Numbered from the stretch's first letter, positions 8,359-18,217 are shown. The stretch is 52,159 nucleotides of DNA from an uncultured Acidimicrobiaceae bacterium (GCA_964485645.1 CAZAMA010000007.1:1-52159), one strand, 5' to 3'. Notes: generated from the letters alone by a model not told the origin. Translations and numbers: made by a program.

Positions 8359-9579
8359 GTGACCTACCCCGTGGGGCAATCCGGCGATCTCCGCCCAGAT
8401 GACGCCGGCCGGTCTGTTCGGCCGGTCGGGCACGAGGCCGCGCCTCTGGCGCGTAGCCTGCCAAAGGCGAGCTACGTGGAGCAGTCCGGTTTCGAGCGGG
8501 AGCGGGACGAAGTGCTGATGGCCGACTGGTTCTGCGTCGCGAGGCTGGAAAGTCTGGGCCAGCCAGGGGAGTACCTCGCGATCGACGTTCTGGGCGAGAG
8601 CGTGCTCGTCGTTCGCCAAGGCGACGGTGGCCTGCGCGCCTTCTACAACCTGTGCCGCCATCGCGGGAGCCGTCTCGTCCCGAGGTGCGATGTCGCGTCC
8701 CTGCCACCGGGCAGTTCCGGCGGGTGTTTTTCGGGCTCGATCCGCTGTCCCTACCACGGGTGGACCTACGCTCTCGACGGCCAGCTCCGGGGGGCGCCCT
8801 TCCTGCCCGGTCTGAGAGGACAGCGGGCCGAGCTCTCGCTTCACCGCGTGGACGTTCTGACCTGGGAGGGGTTCGTCTTCGTGCGGCTCGAGCCACCTCG
8901 AAGTCAAGAGGCCGGAAGCTCGCGCAACCATGAGATGAGCGGTGTGTCGAAGCGGCTGCACGGTTACGCAATGGAGGAGCTCAGGCTCGGAGACCGCCGC
9001 GTCTACGAGGTCGCCGCAAACTGGAAGGTGATCCTCGAGAACTACAACGAGTGCTACCACTGCGGACCGGTGCACCCTGAGCTCTGCTTGCTCGTCCCGG
9101 CTTTCCGCCGCGGCGGTGACGGACTTGACTGGGACGCCGGCATCCCTCACCGCGACGGCGCGTACAGCTTCACGACGAGCGGCACGACGGACCGGGCGCC
9201 GTTCCCCGGGCTCTCCGAACAAGAGCGACGCCGTCACAAAGGCGAGCTGCTTCTTCCGAACCTGATGCTCAGCTTGTCGTCCGACCACGTCGCGGCGTTC
9301 ACTCTCTGGCCGGAGTCGGCGACACGTACGACAGTGGTCTGCGACTTCCTCTTCCATCCCGGTGAGATCGCGAAAGACGGCTTCGACCCCTCAGACGCGG
9401 TCGAGTTCTGGGACCTCGTCAACCGCCAGGACTGGGCGATATGCGAGCAGGTCCAGGACGGTATGACGTCACGGCGCTTCGACTTTGGCTACCTTGCCCC
9501 GATGGAGCAGCCGAGCGCCGATGTCGGGGCCTACCTGGGGGGGCGCCGCGAACGTGGCGTCGTCCCTGACAGCGGCTAG
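8359..9579 (+). CDS. Rieske [2Fe-2S] non-heme-iron oxygenase, alpha-subunit type
   Basis: Rieske motif CRH...CPYH and mononuclear iron motif NYNECYHCGPVH (H-x4-H). Confidence 0.85.
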   Translation: MTYPVGQSGDLRPDDAGRSVRPVGHEAAPLARSLPKASYVEQSGFERERDEVLMADWFCVARLESLGQPGEYLAIDVLGESVLVVRQGDGGLRAFYNLCRHRGSRLVPRCDVASLPPGSSGGCFSGSIRCPYHGWTYALDGQLRGAPFLPGLRGQRAELSLHRVDVLTWEGFVFVRLEPPRSQEAGSSRNHEMSGVSKRLHGYAMEELRLGDRRVYEVAANWKVILENYNECYHCGPVHPELCLLVPAFRRGGDGLDWDAGIPHRDGAYSFTTSGTTDRAPFPGLSEQERRRHKGELLLPNLMLSLSSDHVAAFTLWPESATRTTVVCDFLFHPGEIAKDGFDPSDAVEFWDLVNRQDWAICEQVQDGMTSRRFDFGYLAPMEQPSADVGAYLGGRRERGVVPDSG

Positions 9580-9684
9580 CCCGGATCGCTGGGCTAGCCC
9601 GGATCGCTGGGCTAGCCCGGATCGCTGGGCCAGCCGGATCGCTGGGCCAGCCGGATCGCTGGGCCAGCCGGATCGCTGGGCCAG
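9575..9684. repeat. Tandem repeat array: 3 x 18 nt (GCTAGCCCGGATCGCTGG), then 3 x 17 nt (GCCAGCCGGATCGCTGG), then a partial unit
   Basis: Read directly. The first unit contains the TAG stop of the Rieske gene. The array ends about 89 nt upstream of the ATG of the ABC substrate-binding protein gene. Confidence 0.9.
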
Positions 9685-9772
9685 GGCGGGATGTTGGGCA
9701 ACTCGGGCAGTAGGCAACAGGTCGGTCAGTCGGGACTTTGGATAGGCAGCAGAGACAAGGGGGAGAACCCAG

Positions 9773-11473
9773 ATGACGAAAGATGCTCACCTGAGCCGCA
9801 GGCAGTTTCTCGGTGCCGCTTCGGCCGGCCTGGCCGCCGCGGGCCTCGCCGCCTGCGGGTCGAGCTCGCCGGGGGCTGCGAGCACCGCGGGGGCCGGAGG
9901 TGGCGGCCACGACGCTGTCAAGGCGGCGAAGATCCTGTCCGGGCCACCGGGACCAGGGCCTGTCTCGGGCGGCTACTACGGGGGCACCCTCAATGTCGGG
10001 TGGAACGCGGAAGCGAACTCGTTCGATCCCGCTCTCGGGTACAACCTGCAGGCCTGGGACGCGCTCACCTGCTTGCTCTTCACGCCCCTCTACCAATTTG
10101 GCGGTCAGTACGGAGGTGCCGCCCCGGCTCTGGCGGCAGCCATGCCCGAGATCACCGACGGGGGCTTGCGATATGTGATCCCGCTGCGCCGGGACGCGAA
10201 GTTCTCGAACGGCAGGGCCATCGTCGCCGACGACTACATCTACAGCTGGACGCGGGTGCTCGAGCCCAAGCTCGCTTCCTGGGCGTCCAGTTACCTCGCG
10301 CCGATCGAGGGGTCTGGCGAGGTCATCGCCGGCAAGACAAAGACCCTGTCGGGTGTCAGGGCGATCGACGACCACACCCTCGAAGTGAGGCTCGCGCAGC
10401 CAACTTTCACGTTCCTCAACCAGCTGGCCCAGCCCTATGCCGCAGCCGTTCCAAAAGAAGCGGTCGAGAGCGAGGGAACGGGCTTCGGCACTCACCCTGT
10501 CGGCTGCGGACCGTTCGTCCTCACGTCGTACTCGAGCTCCGACCAGTCGGCCACCTTCGTCCGCGACAAGAACTATCCGTGGAAGGGACTTCCCTACCTC
10601 TCCGCCGTCAACTATCACTGGGGCATCAACTCCCAGCTCGAGCTGTTGCAGCTCGAGAAGGGGGCTATCCAGGTCATCGGCGACGGGATCGGCCCGAGCC
10701 TGGCGGCGCAGGTGCTAGCCGAGCCCAGCTTGCGCCGTGATACCGACGAGGTCAAGCTCAACGCGACTGCCTGGGTCGCGCTCAACTGCACAAAAGGCCC
10801 GCTTTCCGACCCGCGAGTGCGGGCCGCCCTCAACTGGGCAACTGACAGGGCTTCCCTCGCCACGGTGACCCACGGCGAGTGGCAGGCCTGGGGGTACCCC
10901 CTGCCCGCACAGCTTGCCGACTACGAGCGGATCGCCAAGCCGTTCGGGTTCGACCAAAAGCTTGCCCGCTCGCTGCTGTCGGCAGCCGGGGCGTCAAAGC
11001 TGCGGCTCCGCTTCCTCACAGACGGCAGTGACCCATGGGGCAACGTCTCGCAGATACTCCAGCAGCAGTGGGCCGAGGTCGGTGTCAGCCTTGTCATCGA
11101 CACCGTCAGCACCTCCGCGCTCGACACGATCAGCACAACGGTCCCGTTGCAGACGGACTCGTTCGCCGACAGCTACTACATGGTGCAGCCGAGCGCGCTC
11201 GACCTGATCATGCCCAACTTCACCTCGAACGGCTCCTACAACAGCTACGGCTACAAGAACGCCACGGTCGACTCGCTCGTCGCAAGGGCAGAAGCCCAGA
11301 CGACACTTGCGGAGAGCAACGTCTATGTGGCGCGCATAGAGGAGGCTCTCGTCAAGGACCCGCCGGGCGTGTTCCTCTTCAATGTCGGCTTCCTTGCCGG
11401 CCGTAGCTCTCAGCTGCACAACTACCAGTACAGGGGCGAGACGGGCACCTACTACAACAGGATCTGGCTCTAG
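9773..11473 (+). CDS. ABC transporter substrate-binding lipoprotein, family 5 (peptide/opine/nickel type), Tat-exported
   Basis: Twin-arginine motif SRRQFL, lipobox LAAC, and family-5 SBP length and pattern. Confidence 0.9.
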   Translation: MTKDAHLSRRQFLGAASAGLAAAGLAACGSSSPGAASTAGAGGGGHDAVKAAKILSGPPGPGPVSGGYYGGTLNVGWNAEANSFDPALGYNLQAWDALTCLLFTPLYQFGGQYGGAAPALAAAMPEITDGGLRYVIPLRRDAKFSNGRAIVADDYIYSWTRVLEPKLASWASSYLAPIEGSGEVIAGKTKTLSGVRAIDDHTLEVRLAQPTFTFLNQLAQPYAAAVPKEAVESEGTGFGTHPVGCGPFVLTSYSSSDQSATFVRDKNYPWKGLPYLSAVNYHWGINSQLELLQLEKGAIQVIGDGIGPSLAAQVLAEPSLRRDTDEVKLNATAWVALNCTKGPLSDPRVRAALNWATDRASLATVTHGEWQAWGYPLPAQLADYERIAKPFGFDQKLARSLLSAAGASKLRLRFLTDGSDPWGNVSQILQQQWAEVGVSLVIDTVSTSALDTISTTVPLQTDSFADSYYMVQPSALDLIMPNFTSNGSYNSYGYKNATVDSLVARAEAQTTLAESNVYVARIEEALVKDPPGVFLFNVGFLAGRSSQLHNYQYRGETGTYYNRIWL

Positions 11474-11474
11474 G

Positions 11475-12395
11475 GTGTCCTTCGCGGCTCTCGGGTTGGG
11501 CGAGGAGGCCTCCCCGGCCGAGACAAAGAGCCGGGTCGGGCGCGCCTCACCGAGACTGCGCCGCCCGCGGGCCGCTCTCATCGCCGGACTCGGCCTGCTC
11601 GTCGCGCTCGTGGTGTTCGTGCTGCTGGCTCCCGCGATCGGCTCCCCCTATCACATCTATGCAAACGGCCTCAACCACGAGGGGCTACCGCTGGGGCTCG
11701 GGGCAAGGGGTCACCTCCTTGGCACCGACACGATAGGCCGGGACATGCTCGCCCGCCTTGCTGCCGGCGGGCGGACCACACTTGAGTACACGGCCATCGC
11801 GAACTTCACCTCCCTCGGCCTCGGAGTTCTCGTCGGGCTCATAGCCGGCTTCTACCGCGGTCTTGCCGAGCAGGTTCTCATGCGGGTCACCGACGTCTTT
11901 CTGTCGGTGCCGACGGTCGTGTCCGGCCTGGCGCTCGCAAGCGTGGTGGGGGAGGGGATCGCCGGCATCGTGATCGTCGTCACGGCTCTGTATTGGGCCT
12001 GGACGGCGCGCGTGATCTACGGAGAGGTCCTGCGGCTCCGCACACGGGTGTTCGTGGACGCCGCGGTCGCCGCGGGGGTTCGCCGCTCGACAATCCTGCG
12101 ACGGCACGTCCTGCCGCATCTCTACTCGCTCATTCTCGTCATCTCTGCGCTGAACGCGGCCTCCGTCGTGGGAATCGGCGCCGGGCTTTCCTATCTGGGC
12201 GCCGGTATCCAGCCGCCCCGGCCCGACTGGGGCAACATGTTGGAGGAGGGACAGGGCGCTCTGCAGTTCTCCCCGCACCTCGTGGTGGAGCCGCTTATAT
12301 TCATCGTCTTGACGGTGCTCGCCTTCATGCTCATAGGCGAGGGCCTCACGAGCCGCGACCCGGCAGGAAAAGGCAAGTCATGGCTGGACATGTAG
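11475..12395 (+). CDS. ABC peptide-type permease (DppC/OppC-like)
   Basis: OppC-type N-terminus with the HLLGTDTIGRDMLARL motif. GTG at 11475 lies 1 nt after the SBP stop. The C-type permease precedes the B-type here. Confidence 0.85.
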   Translation: MSFAALGLGEEASPAETKSRVGRASPRLRRPRAALIAGLGLLVALVVFVLLAPAIGSPYHIYANGLNHEGLPLGLGARGHLLGTDTIGRDMLARLAAGGRTTLEYTAIANFTSLGLGVLVGLIAGFYRGLAEQVLMRVTDVFLSVPTVVSGLALASVVGEGIAGIVIVVTALYWAWTARVIYGEVLRLRTRVFVDAAVAAGVRRSTILRRHVLPHLYSLILVISALNAASVVGIGAGLSYLGAGIQPPRPDWGNMLEEGQGALQFSPHLVVEPLIFIVLTVLAFMLIGEGLTSRDPAGKGKSWLDM

Positions 12396-13342
12396 CGGGG
12401 CCCGACCCTGAGCGCCGCGCGCTCGCGAAGAAGATCACGTTGCGCATCGTGCTCGCCGTCGTGACAGTTGTCGCGGTGATCGTCCTCACCTTCGTGCTCG
12501 AGTTCGTCGTGCCCGGCAATCCAGCCCGCTCGGTCGCCGGTCCGAGGGCGACTCCACGAGTCCTCGCCGAGGTGACGCGCAACCTCGGCCTCAACCGGCC
12601 GGAGGTAGTCCAGCTGGTCGACTACGTCGGTGGCGTGTTCCAGGGCAACCTCGGCTACTCCTATGTCTCCGCGGCGCCGGTGGCGAGCCTCGTCTTCGGG
12701 CGCCTCGGGGCCACGGCGCTCCTCATGGCGGCAGGCATCGTGATCGAGCTCGCTGTCGGCGGAGCAGTCGGGCTGTGGGACGGTCTGCGCCAGAAGCGCA
12801 GTTGGGTGGTGGCAACGCTCAACATCGGGCTGCTGTCGGTCCCGACGTTCACGTTCGGGTTTCTCCTCTTGCTGCTCTTCGGCTATGTCTGGCCGGTGCT
12901 CCCGGTCTCCGGCGGCTTCGGCGCGACGCAGCTCGTGCTCCCGGCAGTGACTCTCGGGCTTCTCGGGGCGCCCTATTACGCGAATGTCGTGCGCGACCAG
13001 CTACGCGAGACTCTCTCTGCACCTTTCGTCCGTACGGCACTGGCAAAGGGGTTGAGTCGCCGGGCGATCCTCCAGGGCCACGTGCTGCGGGTCGTGCTGC
13101 CGCCGGTGCTCACGATGGCCGGGATGGACGTGGCGCTGTTCCTCTCCGGTGTCGTGTTCGTCGAGAACATCTTTGCTTGGCCGGGCATCGGTCAGCTGCA
13201 GGTGCAGGCCTTCGAGAACGTGGACAGGCCGGTCCTGATGGGGACCGTCATAGTCGCGGCGGCAGCCGTCGTGGTCGCCAACCTTGCAGTCGATCTCATC
13301 CGACTGGTCGTCGACCCGCGAGTGCGGGCCGAGTCGCTCTAG
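12380..13342 (+). CDS. ABC peptide-type permease (DppB/OppB-like)
   Basis: N-terminus KKITLRIVLAVVTVV...VPGNPARSVAG. The ATG at 12380 overlaps the previous gene by 16 nt. Confidence 0.85.
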   Translation: MAGHVAGPDPERRALAKKITLRIVLAVVTVVAVIVLTFVLEFVVPGNPARSVAGPRATPRVLAEVTRNLGLNRPEVVQLVDYVGGVFQGNLGYSYVSAAPVASLVFGRLGATALLMAAGIVIELAVGGAVGLWDGLRQKRSWVVATLNIGLLSVPTFTFGFLLLLLFGYVWPVLPVSGGFGATQLVLPAVTLGLLGAPYYANVVRDQLRETLSAPFVRTALAKGLSRRAILQGHVLRVVLPPVLTMAGMDVALFLSGVVFVENIFAWPGIGQLQVQAFENVDRPVLMGTVIVAAAAVVVANLAVDLIRLVVDPRVRAESL

Positions 13343-13350
13343 GACACGAC

Positions 13351-14376
13351 ATGTCGCTTCCCTTTGCAGTCCGGCCGACCGGTGGCCCGGACGTTCCCAG
13401 CCGCCAGGCAGCCGGTTCTGGCAAGGCGCTCGTGGTGGAGCACCTGAGTGTCGACTACGGGGGGTTTCACGCGGTCACAGACGTCGGTTTCGAGCTGCAG
13501 AGCGGCCGAGTCCTCGGTCTCGTGGGGGAGTCAGGCTCGGGCAAGTCGTCTCTCGCCCTGGCGGTGTCACGGTTGCTCCCTCCCGCCGGGACCGTGGCGC
13601 GCGGATCGGCTCGCGTTGGCGACGTCGAGGTGCTCGCGCTCACCGGAGAGGAGCTCCGACGCGCCCGCGGTGAGCTCGTCGCCTACATCCCCCAGGACGC
13701 TTCGGCCGCGCTGAACCCTGTCCACACTGCCGGTCGGCAGCTGGCCGAGGTCTTTCGCGTCCGCCACGGCCTGGGCAAGCGCCCTGCTCTGGCAGAGGCG
13801 ATCGCACTTCTGCGTCAGGTTGGCATCCGCAGACCCGAGCAGACGGCGCGCTCGCATCCGCACGAGTTGTCCGGTGGAATGCGCCAGCGGGTGATGATCG
13901 CGATGGCGGTCGCGCTGCGGCCCGCCCTTCTCGTCGCCGACGAGCCGACGACGGCGCTCGACGTCACCGTTCAAGCCGAGATCATCTCGCTTGTGCGGGA
14001 GCTCCAGAGCGAACACGGGACGACGCTGCTGTGGATCACCCACGACATGGGAGTGATCGCGGAGATCGCCGACGACGTGGGAGTGATGTACGGCGGTCGT
14101 CTCGTCGAGCACTCCAGTGTGGATGAGCTCTTCCGCCATGCCGCCCACCCCTACACGGCGGCCCTGCTCGCGAGCTTTACGAGCGGCCGGCTCGCGAGAG
14201 CCAAGGAGCCCTTCGTCACGATAGAGGGGCTGCCGCCTCTCGACCGGATCCCGCCGGGCTGCCCATTCCACCCGCGCTGCGCGTACGCGATGGATCGCTG
14301 TAGGACAAAGGTGCCTGCGGAGCGCGTCGAGAGCAACGGGCATTCCGTCTGTTGCCACCTGGAGGAGCTGAGGTGA
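13351..14376 (+). CDS. ABC peptide-type ATP-binding protein (DppD/OppD-like)
   Basis: [32 protein letters not shown], and a C-terminal oligopeptide-type Cys cluster (CPFHPRC...C...CC). Confidence 0.9.
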   Translation: MSLPFAVRPTGGPDVPSRQAAGSGKALVVEHLSVDYGGFHAVTDVGFELQSGRVLGLVGESGSGKSSLALAVSRLLPPAGTVARGSARVGDVEVLALTGEELRRARGELVAYIPQDASAALNPVHTAGRQLAEVFRVRHGLGKRPALAEAIALLRQVGIRRPEQTARSHPHELSGGMRQRVMIAMAVALRPALLVADEPTTALDVTVQAEIISLVRELQSEHGTTLLWITHDMGVIAEIADDVGVMYGGRLVEHSSVDELFRHAAHPYTAALLASFTSGRLARAKEPFVTIEGLPPLDRIPPGCPFHPRCAYAMDRCRTKVPAERVESNGHSVCCHLEELR

Positions 14377-15359
14377 GCTCGCGGTCGGTGCCGAAGGCGG
14401 CTGCGGGCCTCGATCCGGCGCAGGTGCCGGTGGTCGAGCTCGTGAACGTCACGAAGCGGTTCGGGCAGCTCTGTGCTGTCGACGCGCTGTCGATCGCCAT
14501 CGGGCCTGGTCGCACGCTCGGAATGGTGGGGGAGTCGGGATGCGGCAAGAGCACAGTGGCTCGTCTCGTCGTCGGGCTCGAACGAGCCACCTCGGGAGAG
14601 CTTCGCTTCGACGGGCAGCCATACCCACGGTCGAGCCGGGCAATGCGGACCGTCAGGCGCCAGATCGGCATGGTCTTCCAGGATCCATACGAGTCGCTCG
14701 ATCCGCGCTGCACGCTTCGACAGATCGTCGGCGAGCCACTCATGGCCCATCAGCAGTGGCGCGTCGGCGGTCCCGAACGAGTCCACGAGCTGCTCGGTTC
14801 AGTTGGGCTCCCGGGAGCATCGCTCGATTCACGACCGGGCCAGTACTCCGGCGGAGGCCGCCAGCGCATAGGAATCGCGAGGGCGCTCGCCCTCCGCCCG
14901 CGTCTCGTCGTCTGTGACGAGCCGACCTCGGCACTAGACGTCTCGATCCAGGCTCAGATCGTGAACCTGCTTCTCGAGCTCCAGGCAGAGCTCGGCCTCT
15001 CCTATCTGTTCATATCCCACGACCTGGACGTCGTCCGCAGGGTCAGCGACTCCGTGGTGGTCGTCTACGGGGGGGCGATCATGGAGCAGGGCCCGACGGA
15101 GGCTGTCACGAGCGACCCCTTGCACCCCTACTCGAAGGCACTGTTGTCTGCCGTCGCAGGGACAGGGCCGGGTGACCGTCGCCTGGACAAGCGGATCCGC
15201 TTGAGAGAGGGCGAGGACGCCGACAGGGGGGCCTGCCCCTTTGCCGGTCGCTGTCCTTCGGTGCACGAGGCTTGCTCTGTCCGCCCGGCGCTCGTCGACG
15301 CCGGGGGCGGCCGTGCCGTCGCCTGCCATCTTTACCGAGAGAAGAGGAGAGACAGATGA
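14373..15359 (+). CDS. ABC peptide-type ATP-binding protein (DppF/OppF-like)
   Basis: GESGCGKST, YSGGGRQRIGIA, VVCDEPTSALD. GTG at 14373 overlaps the previous stop (GTGA). Confidence 0.9.
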   Translation: MSSRSVPKAAAGLDPAQVPVVELVNVTKRFGQLCAVDALSIAIGPGRTLGMVGESGCGKSTVARLVVGLERATSGELRFDGQPYPRSSRAMRTVRRQIGMVFQDPYESLDPRCTLRQIVGEPLMAHQQWRVGGPERVHELLGSVGLPGASLDSRPGQYSGGGRQRIGIARALALRPRLVVCDEPTSALDVSIQAQIVNLLLELQAELGLSYLFISHDLDVVRRVSDSVVVVYGGAIMEQGPTEAVTSDPLHPYSKALLSAVAGTGPGDRRLDKRIRLREGEDADRGACPFAGRCPSVHEACSVRPALVDAGGGRAVACHLYREKRRDR

Positions 15360-15372
15360 GAGCGATGCAACG

Positions 15373-17460
15373 ATGCGGAGCTGCAGAGCGCCTCGAGGTG
15401 GGCGCGAGTTGACCGCGAGCACGCAGCTTCGAGACGTCGTCACGCTAAGCGACGTCGCCATCCCTCTCTCCGACGGAGCCAAGCTGGCGGCGCGCATCTG
15501 GCTCCCTGCAGACGGCGAGACCTCACCTGTCCCGGCGATCATGGACTTCCTGCCGTACAGGCAGGGAGATCTGATGGCGGTGCGCGACTCGACGATCTTT
15601 CCCTACTGGGCCGCGCGCGGCTATGGGTGCGCTCGCGTCGACCTTCGCGGAACGGGCAACTCGACTGGGATCATCACCGACGAGTACACCGCGCAGGAGC
15701 AGGCAGACGGCGAGGAGGTGATCGCGTGGCTCGCCGCCCAGCCGTGGTGCGATGGAGGGGTGGGGATGACCGGGATCTCCTGGGGCGGCTTCAACAGCCT
15801 CCAGCTCGCCGCGAGACGCCCGCCAGCTCTGCGCGCCATCATCACGCTGTGCGCCAGCGACGACCGGTACTCAGACGACGTCCACTACCGCGGCGGCTGC
15901 GTGCTCGCGGTAGACATGTTGCAGTGGGCCGTCGCAATGCTCACCTGGAACGCCCTGCCCCCTGACCCGGCGGTCGCAGGCGCGAGCTGGCGGGAGGAGT
16001 GGCGACGGCGGGTCGAGGAAACGCCGGCGTTCATCGAGCCCTGGATGGCCCACCAGCGCAGGGACGACTACTGGCGCCAGGGCTCGGTGTGCGAAGACTA
16101 TTCCGCCATCGAGGTACCCGTCTACGCGGTCGGGGGCTGGTCGGACGGCTATGTCGACGCAGTTCCGCGCCTGTTGGCCAACTTGAGATGTCCGCGAAAA
16201 GGACTCGTCGGTCCCTGGTCGCATGCCGTCCCCAACCACTCGGTCCCCGGACCAGAGATCGGCTTTCTCGAGGAGGCCCTGCGTTGGTGGGACCATTGGC
16301 TGAAGGGCATCGACACGGGAATAACCTCTGAGCCGATGCTGCGGGCATGGATGCAGGAGTACACCCAACCAGCGCCGTTTCACGCGCACTGGCCTGGAAG
16401 GTGGGTGGCCGAGGCGCAGTGGCCACCTCCAGGCGGCTTGGGAGAGAGGATGAAGCGGATGTACCTGGCTGCGCGCGGGGGCGACAGCGCAGGCGGCCTC
16501 GAGGCACAGCCCGGTGACGGCAGATCGCTGTTCCACACCGGGGACCAGGCGGCCGGTCTCGACGCGGGCTCTCTCACCGCAGACGGCGGCTACGGGGACT
16601 GGCCGGGAGATCAGCGGGGCGAGGACGGGATGTCGCTGTCCTTCACGTCCGCTGTGCTCGACAGCAGGGTGGAGATACTGGGCAATGCTGCCGTGGAGCT
16701 CGAGATCTCGAGCACGCGCCCGGTCGCGACCGTGATCGTCCGGTTGCTCGACGTCGCTCCGACGGGGGAGTCGCTGCTCGTGACCCGCGGCATGCTCAAC
16801 CTCACCCATCGCTTCGGTCACGACAGGGTCGTGCGCCTCGACCCAGGACGCCGCAGCACCGTGTCGGTGCCGCTCAAGGCGATCGGTCACTGCTTTCCGG
16901 CCGGACACCACATCCGTGTCACCGTCGCCTCGACCTACTGGCCTTGGATCTGGCCGGCACCCGAAGCGGTGACTCTCGAGCTCTCGTGCGGTGCCTCGAG
17001 CTTCATCGACCTGCCCGTACGCGACGCTCAACCCGGCGACCTGGAGCTTCGCGAGTTCGGACCGCCCGAGCGTGTGACTCCGGTCGCTCACGAGAGTCTC
17101 GGCGGTCAGCCGACATCGCGCAAGATCGTGCACGACCTTGCGACGTTGACCAGCGAGGTCGTGTTCGACTGGAACGTCGGGGGAAACGTCCGCCTCGCCG
17201 ACTCCGCGATCGAGTACGACGGAGCCACACTTACCACCTATCGGATCGACAGCTCCGATCCACTTTCTGCCGAGGTGACGACCGAGCAGTCGGCGTCGCT
17301 CAGGCGAGAGGGAGACTTCGATGTGCGTGTCGAGGCCACCGGCCGGATGACCGCCGATTCCGGGAGCTTTCTCGTGACGATGAGCCTCGATGCCTTGGAG
17401 GACGGGCACCGGGTCATGAATCGGCTGTGGAGTCTCCGCTTTCCCCGAGACGGGGTGTAG
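15373..17460 (+). CDS. CocE/NonD-family (X-Pro dipeptidyl-peptidase S15-like) hydrolase
   Basis: N-terminal pattern VAIPLSDGAKLAARIWLP...DFLPYRQGD, nucleophile region GMTGISWGG, and a C-terminal beta-sandwich. Start is ATG 15373 (alternative TTG 15409). Confidence 0.85.
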   Translation: MRSCRAPRGGRELTASTQLRDVVTLSDVAIPLSDGAKLAARIWLPADGETSPVPAIMDFLPYRQGDLMAVRDSTIFPYWAARGYGCARVDLRGTGNSTGIITDEYTAQEQADGEEVIAWLAAQPWCDGGVGMTGISWGGFNSLQLAARRPPALRAIITLCASDDRYSDDVHYRGGCVLAVDMLQWAVAMLTWNALPPDPAVAGASWREEWRRRVEETPAFIEPWMAHQRRDDYWRQGSVCEDYSAIEVPVYAVGGWSDGYVDAVPRLLANLRCPRKGLVGPWSHAVPNHSVPGPEIGFLEEALRWWDHWLKGIDTGITSEPMLRAWMQEYTQPAPFHAHWPGRWVAEAQWPPPGGLGERMKRMYLAARGGDSAGGLEAQPGDGRSLFHTGDQAAGLDAGSLTADGGYGDWPGDQRGEDGMSLSFTSAVLDSRVEILGNAAVELEISSTRPVATVIVRLLDVAPTGESLLVTRGMLNLTHRFGHDRVVRLDPGRRSTVSVPLKAIGHCFPAGHHIRVTVASTYWPWIWPAPEAVTLELSCGASSFIDLPVRDAQPGDLELREFGPPERVTPVAHESLGGQPTSRKIVHDLATLTSEVVFDWNVGGNVRLADSAIEYDGATLTTYRIDSSDPLSAEVTTEQSASLRREGDFDVRVEATGRMTADSGSFLVTMSLDALEDGHRVMNRLWSLRFPRDGV

Positions 17461-17497
17461 GGACCGTCACCGCCGTCAGCCGGAGCCTTCGAGCCCG

Positions 17498-18217
17498 ATG
17501 AGCGAGAAGAGGAGCCCGCCGCCGACCCCCGCGGCGCCCCGAGGCGGCGGCCGCCGGTCCCCGCAACGAGCCGTCGCGCGCCAGGAGGCCAAGGTCGAGC
17601 GGATCGTGCAGGTCGCGATGGAGCGTTTCGCGTTCGAGGGGTACGAGGGAGCGCGCGCCGAGACCATCGCCGAGCTCGCGGGGGTGTCGAAAGGCGCGAT
17701 CTTCGGCTATTTCGGCAGCAAGGCGGGGCTTTTCCTTGCTGCCTACGAGGCCGCCGCGAGATCGTTCAGTGCCTACCTCGATGCTCCGCCCGAAGTGCTC
17801 GAGGCGGGCTTCTTCGCCACTGTCACCTACTGGCTCGAGCGCACGACCCGCTTGGTGCAAGATTCATGGATCCCCTACCGGGTGACGCTTCTCGGCAGCT
17901 ACTGCTCGGATCTGCACCTTCGCCGGGAGATCACCCAGTTCCAGCTGCGTGAGGATCCTCCTGGCACCCGGGCCTTCGTTCGCTTCGGCATCGAGCGTGG
18001 CGAGGTGCGACGGGACATCGACCCGAAGATGATCGTCTCGCTCGTCGATTGGCTCATGGACCGGTGCCAGGACGCCATCGTCGCCGAGGAGCTGGATCCG
18101 GGTCTTTTTGGAGCCAACGCGCAGTCACCGGAGGACCGCCATGAGCGGTACGTGCAATTCGTGGAGCTGCTGCGGAGTGCCATCGGCGTCCGTTGCGGGC
18201 ATCCCCCGGGTTTCTGA
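17498..18217 (+). CDS. TetR/AcrR-family transcriptional regulator
   Basis: N-terminal HTH FEGYEGARAETIAELAGVSKGAIFGYFGSK. Confidence 0.85.
   Translation: MSEKRSPPPTPAAPRGGGRRSPQRAVARQEAKVERIVQVAMERFAFEGYEGARAETIAELAGVSKGAIFGYFGSKAGLFLAAYEAAARSFSAYLDAPPEVLEAGFFATVTYWLERTTRLVQDSWIPYRVTLLGSYCSDLHLRREITQFQLREDPPGTRAFVRFGIERGEVRRDIDPKMIVSLVDWLMDRCQDAIVAEELDPGLFGANAQSPEDRHERYVQFVELLRSAIGVRCGHPPGF

Noticed and set aside
9575-9684. Possible CRISPR array, given the regularly repeated 17-18 nt units.
   Set aside because: The units are directly adjacent with no spacers. They are too short for CRISPR repeats, and no cas genes are present. This is a simple tandem repeat.
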